A stretch of 64,000 bases of DNA from Candidatus Omnitrophota bacterium (GCA_043812495.1 JBDRMG010000002.1:4890-68889), one strand, 5' to 3'. Positions 48,542 to 58,479 are shown, counted from the first letter of the stretch. The notes: a model not told the origin generated them from the letters alone. Program-made: numbers and translations.

Positions 48542-49374
48542 AGATCAAAGACACGGATATCAAGATTATTCAATCGGGTATGACGCAAGCGGCAACCGAA
48601 GCTATTGTCGTATCGGACAAAAGACAAAATGAGTTATCTCCTCCATCGCCTAGCCGGCTGATCACGGTAGCTGATATTATGAATAAGGATAGATTGTCTT
48701 TGGAAGAAAGAATCCGCCAGGCGACGGCTGCAGCGCTTCAAACAGCTCAAGAACAAAAAATGAAATCCATAGGTTTTCCATCCTTGGGTTGCCCTGATCC
48801 AAAAGTCCCGGCGCGGGCATCGGCCAAAATTATGACGCAGGAAATTATCAAATATCTGAGGACAAACGAAGCAACTCTCAAAGAAATCATTTTTTACGTT
48901 AACGACGAAGAATTATTTCGAGTTTTTGATAAAACCATCAAAGGCTATGTGGTTCATTTACTGGATCCATTTGCGCGACCCTATTGTACGGTTGATGCGA
49001 TTATTGAATACCAAAACGGAATCATTTTAATCGAGCGCTCTAACCCGCCTTTTGGGTGGGCTCTGCCCGGAGGTTTTGCGGATTATGGCGAAAGCTTGGA
49101 AGATGCGGTCAAGCGCGAGGCGAAGGAAGAGACCAATCTCGACCTTCTGGGCTTAAAGCAATTTCACACGTACTCGCAACCAGATCGGGATGAACGATTT
49201 CATACTGTTTCGACTGTTTTTGTCGCTCAAGGTCAAGGCGAGGCAAAATCCGGGGATGATGCACAGAATCTTAAAATTGTTGCATTCGATGACCTGAAAA
49301 AGATGGATTATGCGTTCGATCACAGAAAGATTATCGAGGATTATCTGGAAAGTAAAACCCCCCACCACTTTTAA
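48538..49374 (+). CDS. Macro-like domain fused to NUDIX hydrolase
   Basis: SIGFPSLGC (macro C-half); LPGGFADYGESLEDAVKREAKEETN Nudix box; AFDH. Confidence 0.8.
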   Translation: MKIKDTDIKIIQSGMTQAATEAIVVSDKRQNELSPPSPSRLITVADIMNKDRLSLEERIRQATAAALQTAQEQKMKSIGFPSLGCPDPKVPARASAKIMTQEIIKYLRTNEATLKEIIFYVNDEELFRVFDKTIKGYVVHLLDPFARPYCTVDAIIEYQNGIILIERSNPPFGWALPGGFADYGESLEDAVKREAKEETNLDLLGLKQFHTYSQPDRDERFHTVSTVFVAQGQGEAKSGDDAQNLKIVAFDDLKKMDYAFDHRKIIEDYLESKTPHHF

Positions 49375-49580
49375 AAATGGCTGCAAGACCAAAAACGACG
49401 GGATTTTTGGAACAGATACGTTTTATTTCAAAAGAACGCTTTATTACTAAAAGTGGTGGGGGGTTCAATTCGGCTCGCAACTTACGTTTCCGTCAAAATC
49501 AAAGATTTTGACGAGATCTCGCCAATGGCATTAATGCAATTGGCGGACACTTGCGTTCCGTAAGTTGCGGCGTCATTGAA
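49356..49580 (-). repeat. Family A element, copy 6 (long hairpin-B loop; overlaps the NUDIX 3' end)
   Basis: AACCCCCCACCACTTTTA..TAAAAGTGGTGGGGGGTT CAATTCG..CGCAACTTACG..CGTAAGTTGCG GCGTCATTGAA. Confidence 0.8.
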
Positions 49581-49591
49581 GGAGGGTTGCC

Positions 49592-50005
49592 ATGGGAAAT
49601 ATCAAAGTTCTTGTCGCGGATGATGAAAAAGATGTGCGTGAACTCATGGAAAAGAAAATCTCTCTTGCCGGCTATGAGGTGGTGACAGCCTGCGACGGAC
49701 AGGAGGCCTGGGAGAAAATCCAAAGCGAGAATCCGGACGTCATTCTGCTGGATTTGAAAATGCCCAGGATGGACGGATTTGAGGTTCTTAAGAATTTGAG
49801 AGAAAATCCGCCTTCGGCCAAGTGGCAACCTGTGATTATTATTTCGGCCCTCAATGAGCTTGAAGATATGAAGAAAGGATTTGATCTCGAAGCCGATCAC
49901 TATCTTACAAAGCCCTGCGAAATGGAAGATGTCCTTAAAGGCATTCGCTTTATGCTGACACTGATTCCTCAGCGCAGGCCCAGAGTTGACAAACAAAAAA
50001 GCTAA
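49592..50005 (+). CDS. Single-domain response regulator
   Basis: VADDE, LLDLKMPRMDG, ISA, YLTKP. Confidence 0.9.
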   Translation: MGNIKVLVADDEKDVRELMEKKISLAGYEVVTACDGQEAWEKIQSENPDVILLDLKMPRMDGFEVLKNLRENPPSAKWQPVIIISALNELEDMKKGFDLEADHYLTKPCEMEDVLKGIRFMLTLIPQRRPRVDKQKS

Positions 50006-50007
50006 AA

Positions 50008-51081
50008 ATGAAAATCGGAATCATTGGCTTGCCCCAGGTGGGCAAAAAAACTTTATTTGAGCTTTTGACGGGCGATAAGCTTGATTCTCAAGCGTATGGC
50101 GCGCAGGCTGAAATCAGAATGGGCGTTGTGAAGATCCGAGACAACCGTTTTTCTGAGCTGGTCAAGATGTACCAGCCTAAGAAAATCGTACCGGCCAGCA
50201 TTGATGTCATTCTCCTGCCCAAGTTCGATCAAGAAACGGTTCAAAGCGGTGAATTCGCTAAGTCTTTGGAGCTGTGCGATGCTCTTTGTCATATTGTCCG
50301 TGCCTTTAGCGACGAATCCATTTTTCATGTGGAAGGAAGCGTTGATCCGCAAAGGGACATCGACAGCGTTTTTACAGAGCTCGTCTTGTGCGATTTGATT
50401 CTGGTTGAGAAGCGCCTGGAGCGCATCACCAAAGAGCTCATGAATAAATCGACGCCGGCCCAGCAAAAAGAAAAAGAAATTTTAATGCGGATGAAAGAAC
50501 TTCTGGATCGCCATATCCCTCTGACCGGTTGTCCTCTGAGCGAAGATGAGAAGAAAATCATGTCCACATATAAGTTTCTGACCAAAAAACCCATGATTAT
50601 TGTTTTGAATGCGGATGAAAACAAATTGTCCGATTTAACGCTGATCCGTCAGATTCAAGAAAAGTATAAAGACCAAGCCATCAAGGTGATGCAGATTTCA
50701 GCGAAAATCGAGACAGAGCTGTCCGCGTTGGATCCTGCCGAGCAAGAAACATTTTTAAAAGAACTCAACATCAAAGAATCGGCCCTCAATCAATTGACGC
50801 GTCTTTATTACGAAATTTTAGGGTTGATGTCTTTCTTTACGGTCGGGCCCAACGAGGTTCATGCCTGGATGATCCGCAAAGGAATCCCTGCCCCTGAAGC
50901 GGCCGGCACCATTCATTCAGATATGCAAAGAGGTTTTATTCGGGCCGAGATCATGAAGTCGCAGGAGCTTTTGGCGGCCGGCAGTGAAACAAAACTCAAG
51001 GAGGCGGGCAAAGTATTGATCAAAGGGAAAGACTATATCGTCGAAGACGGCGATGTGATATTTGTCCGGTTTAATGTATAA
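50008..51081 (+). CDS. ychF: Redox-regulated ATPase YchF family
   Basis: GLPQVGKKT, FFTVGPNE, AAGTIHSD, GFIRAE, GKDYIVEDGD. Confidence 0.9.
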   Translation: MKIGIIGLPQVGKKTLFELLTGDKLDSQAYGAQAEIRMGVVKIRDNRFSELVKMYQPKKIVPASIDVILLPKFDQETVQSGEFAKSLELCDALCHIVRAFSDESIFHVEGSVDPQRDIDSVFTELVLCDLILVEKRLERITKELMNKSTPAQQKEKEILMRMKELLDRHIPLTGCPLSEDEKKIMSTYKFLTKKPMIIVLNADENKLSDLTLIRQIQEKYKDQAIKVMQISAKIETELSALDPAEQETFLKELNIKESALNQLTRLYYEILGLMSFFTVGPNEVHAWMIRKGIPAPEAAGTIHSDMQRGFIRAEIMKSQELLAAGSETKLKEAGKVLIKGKDYIVEDGDVIFVRFNV

Positions 51082-51082
51082 G

Positions 51083-51217
51083 GAAATATTACAGTTGTAT
51101 TTGCTTAATTCCCCGCTTCTTGCTTTCGCAAGAAAGCAGCGGGGTCAATTCGTCCTTATGACTTATGTCGTCCGCCACTGAATCAATGGCGGACTCCATA
51201 AGTCATGGCCTCATTGA
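51083..51217 (-). repeat. Family A element, copy 7
   Basis: GAAATATTACAGTTGTATTTGCTTAATT CCCCGC..GCGGGG TCAATTCGTCC..ATGACTTATG..CATAAGTCAT GGCCTCATTGA. Confidence 0.92.
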
Positions 51218-51218
51218 G

Positions 51219-52046
51219 ATGATAAAGATTATCGCGATTATTCTTTGTTCTGTTTTTGCGTTCGTCCTTTTTGTACGGACGCTTGAGCATACAAGTATTT
51301 TTTTTCCGACCCGCTCCATCACATTCACTCCGCAAGATATTAACTTAGCTTTTGAAGATATTATTTTCCCAAGCCATGGACTTTCTCTGAACGGTTGGTT
51401 GATCAAAGCCCCGAATGCCCGCTCAACGCTTCTATTTTTTCATGGTAATGCCGGAAATTTAAGTCATCGGCTGGAAAAAATTCAAATGTTCCATCGCATG
51501 AGTTTAAATGTTTTTATTATCGATTATCGGGGCTATGGAAAAAGCCAGGGACGTCCCAGCGAACAAGGCCTGTATCAAGATGCTCTGAGCGCTTATGATT
51601 ATCTCGCGAGTCGAAGCGATATCGACCAAAATAATATTATTGTTTATGGCGCCTCCTTAGGAAGCGTAGTAGCGATTGATTGTGCGACCAAAAGAAAAAT
51701 GGCCTGTTTAATTGTTGATTCCGCTTTCTCAAGCGCGGCCGATATAAGCCGGAGAATCTATCCGTTTATTCCCGTGTGGCTATTGAGAACGAAAATGGAC
51801 TCTGTATCAAAAATTCAATCTATTTTTGTTCCCAAGCTGTTCATCCACAGCCGCGATGATGAAATTGTGCCGATTGAATTAGGCCGCAGGTTATTTGATC
51901 AAGCTCCTTTGCCAAAGAAGTTTATCGAAATCCGCGGAGGGCATAACACCGGCTACGGTGAATCGGAAAAAGAATTTACGCAAGGGATACAATCATTTCT
52001 TGAGGAACTCAATCTTCTCAATGAGGCCAATATTTACGGAGTGTAA
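51219..52046 (+). CDS. Alpha/beta hydrolase (ABHD13/BEM46-like)
   Basis: FHGNAGN, DYRGYG, GASLG, DEIVP, GGHN; start moved to ATG 51219. Confidence 0.9.
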   Translation: MIKIIAIILCSVFAFVLFVRTLEHTSIFFPTRSITFTPQDINLAFEDIIFPSHGLSLNGWLIKAPNARSTLLFFHGNAGNLSHRLEKIQMFHRMSLNVFIIDYRGYGKSQGRPSEQGLYQDALSAYDYLASRSDIDQNNIIVYGASLGSVVAIDCATKRKMACLIVDSAFSSAADISRRIYPFIPVWLLRTKMDSVSKIQSIFVPKLFIHSRDDEIVPIELGRRLFDQAPLPKKFIEIRGGHNTGYGESEKEFTQGIQSFLEELNLLNEANIYGV

Positions 52047-52238
52047 CGCCCGCCCATTTTCCTAATATTAGGCGAGGTCTCGCCCATTCGATAAAATCGA
52101 ATAGGCGGAACGTAAATAGACGGCCGAATTGACCCCCGCACCTTTTATCTATTCAAATATATTTAAATCGTGCGATGTTAAGATATTTGAACGAGAAAAA
52201 GGTGCGGGGGTATAAAGAAAATAAAATCTGATTATTTC
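52018..52238 (+). repeat. Family A element, copy 8
   Basis: TCAATGAGGCC..GGCCGAATTGAC CCCCGCACCTTTT..AAAAGGTGCGGGGG..ATTATTTC; supplies the hydrolase C-terminus and stop. Confidence 0.88.
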
Positions 52239-52250
52239 TTTTTTGAGGGC

Positions 52251-53459
52251 ATGGCCATGGGTAATTTATTAAGAACAAAATCCAGAAACATCATTGATTC
52301 TAAGAATCGGATCGTTCGCTTGCGGGGCGTTAATCTCGGCGGATGGCTGATGATGGAAGGTTACATCCTTCATTCGCTCAATTGTCCCGAGCAGTATTAT
52401 AAAAAGAGATTTGCAAACGCCTTGGGCCAAAAGGCGCTTCGTGAGTTTGAAAAGTCTTTTCGTGATCATTTTATTCAAGAAAAAGACATACGCCTGATTG
52501 CCAAAAATGGATTCAATTGCCTGCGCGTGCCGTTCCATTTTGGTTTGATAGAACAAAAACCCTATCGATATAATGAAAAAGGCGTGGCTTATCTTGACCG
52601 CGTGATCCGCTGGGCCCAGAAACACAATTTATGGGTCATCCTGGATCTTCATGCCGCTCCCGGTGCCCAAAATAGAGACTGGCATGCGGATAGTTTAGGG
52701 AAGGCCGATTTATGGACAAAAAAATCTAATCAGGACAGGACCCTTGCTTTTTGGGGATTTCTCGCTGATCGATACAAAAATAATGAAACCGTGGCCGGTT
52801 ATGACCTTTTGAATGAATCTGAAGTTAACGACGCGTCCATTTTGAATCGATTCTATAAGAAACTCATTGAAAGAATACGACAGATTGATCCACATCATAT
52901 GATATTTGTGGAAGGTAACATATGGGCGACCGATTTGCATTGTCTCGATACATTCGACGACGATAATCTGGTTTTAAGCGCCCACATGTATTTTCCGCTT
53001 GAACTGACGTTCAATTTTGTTCCCCACTTATCCTATCCGTTGCGTTATCGCGGTCAGACATGGAATAAAAACGTGCTTAAGAAATATTTGGCCAAGTACG
53101 ACGCGCTTGCGCAAACAAGATCCCGTCCCATTTTTATCGGAGAATTCGGCGTCAACGGCCGGCAGGGAAAATATAACGAACACCTCTGGGTCAAGGATAT
53201 CGTCTCTTGTTTTAAGGAATTCGGATTTCATTGGACCTACTGGACCTACAAGGCCGTTAAAAATAATGTTTTTCCTGACGGATTATTCAGCTCTATGGAC
53301 AATCCTCCCTGGGTGAACCGTCAAGGGGCCGATATGGGGATGGCGACATATCCTGCTTGCTGGCCCAAGTATAAGAAAGAAATGATTCGTTCTTGGCAGA
53401 CGGATGCCTTTTGCCCGAACATAAAAGTATTAGAGGTTCTTAAAGATGCATGTGAATAA
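52251..53459 (+). CDS. Glycoside hydrolase family 5
   Basis: GVNLGGWL, LRVPF, LDLHAAPG, LLNE, IGEFG, WTY. Confidence 0.88.
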   Translation: MAMGNLLRTKSRNIIDSKNRIVRLRGVNLGGWLMMEGYILHSLNCPEQYYKKRFANALGQKALREFEKSFRDHFIQEKDIRLIAKNGFNCLRVPFHFGLIEQKPYRYNEKGVAYLDRVIRWAQKHNLWVILDLHAAPGAQNRDWHADSLGKADLWTKKSNQDRTLAFWGFLADRYKNNETVAGYDLLNESEVNDASILNRFYKKLIERIRQIDPHHMIFVEGNIWATDLHCLDTFDDDNLVLSAHMYFPLELTFNFVPHLSYPLRYRGQTWNKNVLKKYLAKYDALAQTRSRPIFIGEFGVNGRQGKYNEHLWVKDIVSCFKEFGFHWTYWTYKAVKNNVFPDGLFSSMDNPPWVNRQGADMGMATYPACWPKYKKEMIRSWQTDAFCPNIKVLEVLKDACE

Positions 53460-54249
53460 AATCTCAAGCGCTTCCAATCCGCGACTCAAACAAGTTGTAC
53501 GCTTGAGAGACAAAAAGACGCGGGAAGAAACCCATTTGATGATTGTGGAAGGAGAAAAAGAGATTCTGCGTGCACAAGATGCCGGTATCTGCTTTCAGGA
53601 GATTTATTTATGCCCGGATTATTCTGAATCTCATCCAGAAAAGAATATATTGAAGGAAATTCCGACCGAAGACACGGAGTGTTTTGAAATAACAAAAATG
53701 GCCTTTGACAAGATTGCCTACGGCGATCGGCACGAAGGGATTTTGGCTATCTGCCGGCAGCCTCAAAAAGAACTTAAGGATATGAAGATCGCCGAGTCTC
53801 CTTTGATTGTCGTTTTGGAGGATGTGGAGAAGCCGGGAAATTTAGGCGCTATTCTTCGCACATGCGACGCCGCCGGGGTTAATGGCGTTATCCTCTGTGA
53901 GGAGAAAACAGATATTTACAATCCCAACACTATTCGCGCAAGCCTAGGTGCTGTTTTTACTGTATTTGTCGCGAAGAGCTCCAATCAGGAGGCTTGTAAA
54001 TATTTAAAACAAAATAATGTCGCCATTTGCTCTGCCAGCCCCGAGGCTGAGTCTATTTATGATCAGAGCGATTTAACGGGCTCTTTGGCCATTGTTTTTG
54101 GCAGTGAGCAAAAGGGCGTCAGTGATTTTTGGATGAGCCAATCCCATCAAAGAATCAAAGTTCCTATGCAGGGAAAAGTTGATTCTCTCAATGTTTCGGT
54201 GACAGCCGCCATCATTATTTATGAAGCCGTCAGACAAAGAAGAAAATAA
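53446..54249 (+). CDS. TrmH/SpoU RNA methyltransferase
   Basis: EKPGNLGAILRT, FGSEQKG, DSLNVS. Confidence 0.9.
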   Translation: MHVNKISSASNPRLKQVVRLRDKKTREETHLMIVEGEKEILRAQDAGICFQEIYLCPDYSESHPEKNILKEIPTEDTECFEITKMAFDKIAYGDRHEGILAICRQPQKELKDMKIAESPLIVVLEDVEKPGNLGAILRTCDAAGVNGVILCEEKTDIYNPNTIRASLGAVFTVFVAKSSNQEACKYLKQNNVAICSASPEAESIYDQSDLTGSLAIVFGSEQKGVSDFWMSQSHQRIKVPMQGKVDSLNVSVTAAIIIYEAVRQRRK

Positions 54250-54955
54250 ACAGCGATTGCAAGTTTTTTTATCTCATAACGGGGCTTGTTCGCGCCGAAA
54301 AGCCATGCAATTGATCTTTGAGGGATGCGTGACAGTCAATGGCCGGGTTATCCGAGAACCTTCTACCCGGATTGACCCCGCTGCGGATAAGATTTATTTA
54401 AACGCAGAGCGAATCCAAGAAAAATCATTCACGTATATTCTTCTGCATAAACCCAAAGGCTATATCACAACATCGTCTGACCCCTTTGCCAAGAAAAAGG
54501 TTTTTGATTTGTTACCCAAAGGCTTTGCGCATCTTTTTTGTGTCGGGCGGCTGGACAAGGATACCGAAGGGTTGCTGCTTCTGACGAATGACGGTGATTT
54601 GGCCTATACCTTGACTCATCCAAAATTCGCTATTCAAAAAGTATATATTGTTGAAATTCAAGGACTATTGACGCCAAAGCAAAAAGACCAATTACAAAAT
54701 GGCATAACGATCGACGGCCAGAAGACTTCACCATGTGTTATTGCAAAGATTCATCAGGACAAAGGCAGGACGCATTTTTTGATGACAATCCACGAGGGTC
54801 GTAAGCGGCAAATTCGAAGAATGCTTGAAGCCCTCGGGCATAACGTCTGCAATCTCAAAAGAATAAAACAAGGGCCGATCGAATTAGGAAATTTACCGGT
54901 CGGTCAATGGCGTGCACTTGAAGCTAATGAAATCGCTGATTTAAAGAAACTATGA
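54221..54955 (+). CDS. RsuA/RluB-family pseudouridine synthase
   Basis: S4 domain SRRKA, KPKG, VGRLDKDTEGLLLLTNDG, EGRKRQIRRM. Confidence 0.92.
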   Translation: MKPSDKEENKQRLQVFLSHNGACSRRKAMQLIFEGCVTVNGRVIREPSTRIDPAADKIYLNAERIQEKSFTYILLHKPKGYITTSSDPFAKKKVFDLLPKGFAHLFCVGRLDKDTEGLLLLTNDGDLAYTLTHPKFAIQKVYIVEIQGLLTPKQKDQLQNGITIDGQKTSPCVIAKIHQDKGRTHFLMTIHEGRKRQIRRMLEALGHNVCNLKRIKQGPIELGNLPVGQWRALEANEIADLKKL

Positions 54956-56895
54956 TTACGATTACAAATCTTTCAAAGAATTTTGATCAACGGCTTCTTC
55001 TTAAGGATGTTTCCCTGGGTATTTTTCCTAATGAGAAAATAGGACTAACGGGTCCCAATGGAACCGGGAAAACAACCCTTTTTTCGATTATCTTAGGAGA
55101 ACTTGAGCCGTCGGCCGGAACCGTCCAGGTTCAGAAGAATATTCGCATCGGCTATCTTCCCCAAGAGGCAAAATTCGATTCCGAGCGGACCTTAATTCAA
55201 GAATTGACATCCGGGGATGAGCGTATGCGGGGGCTGATTCGGGAAAAGCGGCAACTCGAGGATGAAAATAAAGCCGATACCGAGCGCTACGGCGACGTCG
55301 TCCATGAGTTGGAGTTATTGGGCATTTATAATCTTGAACATAAAGCCGAGAAAATCCTCTCGGGCTTGGGTTTTAGCCAAAGGGATTTTCAGCGGCCTAT
55401 TAATCATTTAAGCGGTGGTTGGCGCATGCGCGCTTTATTAGCTAAATTGTTGACCTACGATTATGATTTGCTTCTTTTAGATGAGCCCACCAATTATCTG
55501 GATTTGCCGGCAACCCTTTGGCTTAAGGATTTCCTATCTCATTATCCTGGGACTTTCGTTATTATTTCGCATGACAAAGTTTTCTTAAATGAAGTCACCA
55601 ATTACACCATTATTTTAGAAGACGGCCGGATGACAAAAGCAAAAGGCAATTATGAGCAGGTTGAGGCTGAAAAAGAGAACAGGCTTAAGTTTCTTGAAAA
55701 AAAGAAGAAAGAGGTCGATAAGAAACGTCAGCAATTGGAACGGTTCGCTCAGCGTTTCCACGCTCAACCCAATCGCGCGGCCGCGGTCAGAAACAAACGA
55801 AAGATGATCGAGCGTCTGGAAAATATCGAATTACCGCCTGAGAGAAAAAGCATCAAAGATTTTACGTTTGCATCGCCCGAGAGCAGCGGCTATAACGTGA
55901 TAACCTTGGAGCATGTCCAAAAATCTTATGGGGAAATTGAAGTCTATAAGGACATCAATCTGGAAATAACGCGCAAACAAAAGGTTTGCCTTGTGGGCGC
56001 CAATGGCGCCGGCAAATCAACACTAATGAAAATACTGGCCGGCATCGTTGATGTTGACGCGGGCGTAAGAAAACTGGGCTATCAGGTCGATGTCGGTTAT
56101 TTTTCGCAAACACGCCTCGATGTTCTTCATCCTGAGCGAACGGCTTTTGATGAGGTCGTTTCGGCGGCACCGGCGGGCATGCCGGCTGTACAGGTCAGAA
56201 CTCTTTTGGGTATTTTTAATTTTCACGGAGACGATGTCTTTAAGCAGGTCAAAATACTTTCCGGCGGAGAAAAGAGCCGTGTGATTCTGGCTAAATTATT
56301 GATTAATCCGCCGAATTTTATTTTATTAGATGAACCGACAACGCATTTGGATATTGACGGTGTCGAAGCGCTCACCAAGGCGTTTAAGAAATATGACGGG
56401 TCATTATGTTTTATCAGCCATGATTTATTCTTTATTAGAGAGATTGCCAATACCATCATTGAAGTTGACCAAGGTTGCCTGAAGGTTTTTCCGGGCCGTT
56501 TTCAATATTATTTGGATAAGAAGAAAGAAAAGGAAGATTCCCATAAAAAAGAAAAACAAGCTCTGAAGATGCAGCAAAACAATGAGCAGGTAAAAAAGAA
56601 GAAGAAAGAGAAAATTAATGAAGCTGCTCTGCGTCTGCACAAACAACATCGAGAGGCGCTCAAAAGGCTATTCGACATTAAGCAGGTCATCAGTCATTAC
56701 AAGAAGGAAAAAAGTGATCTTGAAACAGAGAGTTACGTCAAGGCCAGAGTTCTTTCGCAGCCGTTTAAGACAAGAGATCAGCAAATGCTTAAAGAATACG
56801 GCCAGCGCCTGAAGGCCATTGACAAACGCATCAAAGAGATCAACAAAGAGATTGATAAATTAATAAAAGAGCGCGATAATATTCAAAACACTTGA
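54952..56895 (+). CDS. ABC-F family ATPase
   Basis: Two NBDs (GPNGTGKT, LSGGW, DEPTN; GANGAGKST, LSGGE, DEPT); no TM segments. Confidence 0.92.
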   Translation: MITITNLSKNFDQRLLLKDVSLGIFPNEKIGLTGPNGTGKTTLFSIILGELEPSAGTVQVQKNIRIGYLPQEAKFDSERTLIQELTSGDERMRGLIREKRQLEDENKADTERYGDVVHELELLGIYNLEHKAEKILSGLGFSQRDFQRPINHLSGGWRMRALLAKLLTYDYDLLLLDEPTNYLDLPATLWLKDFLSHYPGTFVIISHDKVFLNEVTNYTIILEDGRMTKAKGNYEQVEAEKENRLKFLEKKKKEVDKKRQQLERFAQRFHAQPNRAAAVRNKRKMIERLENIELPPERKSIKDFTFASPESSGYNVITLEHVQKSYGEIEVYKDINLEITRKQKVCLVGANGAGKSTLMKILAGIVDVDAGVRKLGYQVDVGYFSQTRLDVLHPERTAFDEVVSAAPAGMPAVQVRTLLGIFNFHGDDVFKQVKILSGGEKSRVILAKLLINPPNFILLDEPTTHLDIDGVEALTKAFKKYDGSLCFISHDLFFIREIANTIIEVDQGCLKVFPGRFQYYLDKKKEKEDSHKKEKQALKMQQNNEQVKKKKKEKINEAALRLHKQHREALKRLFDIKQVISHYKKEKSDLETESYVKARVLSQPFKTRDQQMLKEYGQRLKAIDKRIKEINKEIDKLIKERDNIQNT

Positions 56896-56935
56896 AAATA
56901 TGCGCTGATCCGACAAGACACCATCGGAGGTTGAG

Positions 56936-57328
56936 ATGTTGAGAATGTGTTCCCTTATAGCGTTCGTTATTTTTCTCTCAGGATGCGCCAAAGTTTCGCA
57001 TCTGCAAGAACTTTTGACACTCAAGACCTATTCGGATAATCAGGGACTTCAAGACCAATATGTTCAAGAGCAGGATGAAAAATTTGCAAAACTTTTGGGC
57101 GCGATCAAAGAGAAACGTATCCAGGATTATCCCAGCAAAAAGTCATTTCTTAAGAATTTCGGCGATCCGATATTCACAAAAGTCGTTAATAAAAATAATC
57201 AAAATGTTGAACAGTGGCTTTATCGTTATGCGCAGAAATATTTCAATTCCCCGAAAGTGTATGCGTATTTCGATTCTTCGGGTCAACTCATTGATTGGTC
57301 ACTCGAAGAACCGATTCAAAAGGAATAA
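56936..57328 (+). CDS. Putative lipoprotein
   Basis: Lipobox LSGC; GGAGG RBS. Confidence 0.7.
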   Translation: MLRMCSLIAFVIFLSGCAKVSHLQELLTLKTYSDNQGLQDQYVQEQDEKFAKLLGAIKEKRIQDYPSKKSFLKNFGDPIFTKVVNKNNQNVEQWLYRYAQKYFNSPKVYAYFDSSGQLIDWSLEEPIQKE

Positions 57329-57333
57329 GGAAG

Positions 57334-57624
57334 ATGGCGCGTATCAAAATTGAAAAACCCTCAGAGCAAGAACGCAAGAAACTTGGTATTCCCGATACAC
57401 CCCAAAATACCGCCCAGTGGTCTATCTGGGAATGCGCACCCAGCGCATTTGACTGGCAGTATTCAGACGAAGAAATTGCTTATATCTACGAAGGAAAAGT
57501 GAGAGTCAGAACGGATCAGGGAGAGATTGAGATTAACAGAGGAGATCTTGTGACCTTCCCCAAAGGTCTAAAATGTCGTTGGCAGGTTTTAGAACCTGTT
57601 AAAAAGGTCTATCAATTCCGATAA
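57334..57624 (+). CDS. Cupin (DUF861-like) protein
   Basis: WSIWEC..S.FDW.Y...E, GDLVTFPKG. Confidence 0.8.
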   Translation: MARIKIEKPSEQERKKLGIPDTPQNTAQWSIWECAPSAFDWQYSDEEIAYIYEGKVRVRTDQGEIEINRGDLVTFPKGLKCRWQVLEPVKKVYQFR

Positions 57625-57655
57625 GATATTTCAATGACGATAAGAGAGGATTCCT

Positions 57656-57796
57656 ATGAAACCATCCAAAAAACCGAAATACCGGCTTGATCCGAAGAAA
57701 TTTGAACCTACCGCGGAAAAACAAAAGAAGGAGAAAGACTGGTCCGGCTCAGATATATTCGATGAAATCAAACGGTCAAAATCCTACCGAAGATAG
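57656..57796 (+). CDS. 46-aa basic hypothetical protein
   Basis: GAGAGGA RBS; MKPSKKPKYRLDPKKFEPTAEKQKKEKDWSGSDIFDEIKRSKSYRR* fills the gap to the next gene. Confidence 0.55.
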   Translation: MKPSKKPKYRLDPKKFEPTAEKQKKEKDWSGSDIFDEIKRSKSYRR

Positions 57797-57798
57797 CC

Positions 57799-58479
57799 TT
57801 GGCCCATTTGCAGACAAGAAAGATTCTAGAAAAGATCTATCAGCAGCTGTTGAATGCCTTCGGTCCTCAAGAATGGTGGCCTGCCGATTCCTGTTTTGAA
57901 GTCATGATCGGCGCCATCTTGACGCAAAACACCAATTGGAAGAATGTTGAGAAGGCCATTGCGAACTTACGCAAGCGAGATTTGCTGACTTTTACGAAGC
58001 TTGATCGCCTTTCTGTCCGCCAACTGGCAGCGCTGGTTAAACCCGCCGGATATTACAATATCAAGAGTCAAAGAATCAAAGAGTTCCTTGCTTTTATGCG
58101 CAAGGAATATAAGGGTGATGTCCGCGCTATGGCGAAAACAGAGTGCTTGAAACTACGAGGACAATTATTGAGCGTCAAAGGCATCGGGCCGGAGACCGCT
58201 GATTCTATTCTTCTATACGCATTGAATAAGCCCATCTTTGTCGTAGATGCCTACACAAAAAGAATACTTTTACGGCATCATCTTATCAGCACGCAAGCGG
58301 ATTATCCGACCATCCAGAACTTTTTTATGCAGCATATTAAGAAGGAAGCAGAAATCTATAATGAATATCACGCGCTTCTCGTCCGCTGCGCAAAAGAATT
58401 TTGCAGGGCCACTCCCTTATGCGAAGCTTGTCCATTGAACAAGACAAAGTATTACGCAAAACCGCTCTGGAACAATTAA
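57799..58479 (+). CDS. Endonuclease III-related HhH-GPD protein
   Basis: WWP, GAILTQNTNWKN, KGIGPETADSI, VVDAY, FeS cysteine cluster. Confidence 0.88.
   Translation: MAHLQTRKILEKIYQQLLNAFGPQEWWPADSCFEVMIGAILTQNTNWKNVEKAIANLRKRDLLTFTKLDRLSVRQLAALVKPAGYYNIKSQRIKEFLAFMRKEYKGDVRAMAKTECLKLRGQLLSVKGIGPETADSILLYALNKPIFVVDAYTKRILLRHHLISTQADYPTIQNFFMQHIKKEAEIYNEYHALLVRCAKEFCRATPLCEACPLNKTKYYAKPLWNN

Noticed and set aside
51165-51218. Near-identical N-termini MSSATESM(A/V)DSISHGLIE on ORFs 51165 and 62623
   Set aside because: These are translations of family A hairpin A, not a shared protein domain. True starts are likely 51219 and 62689.
57625-57638. GATATTTCAATGAC resembling a joined right-end/left-end junction of family A
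   Set aside because: Only about 13 AT-rich bases with no hairpins; chance is plausible.
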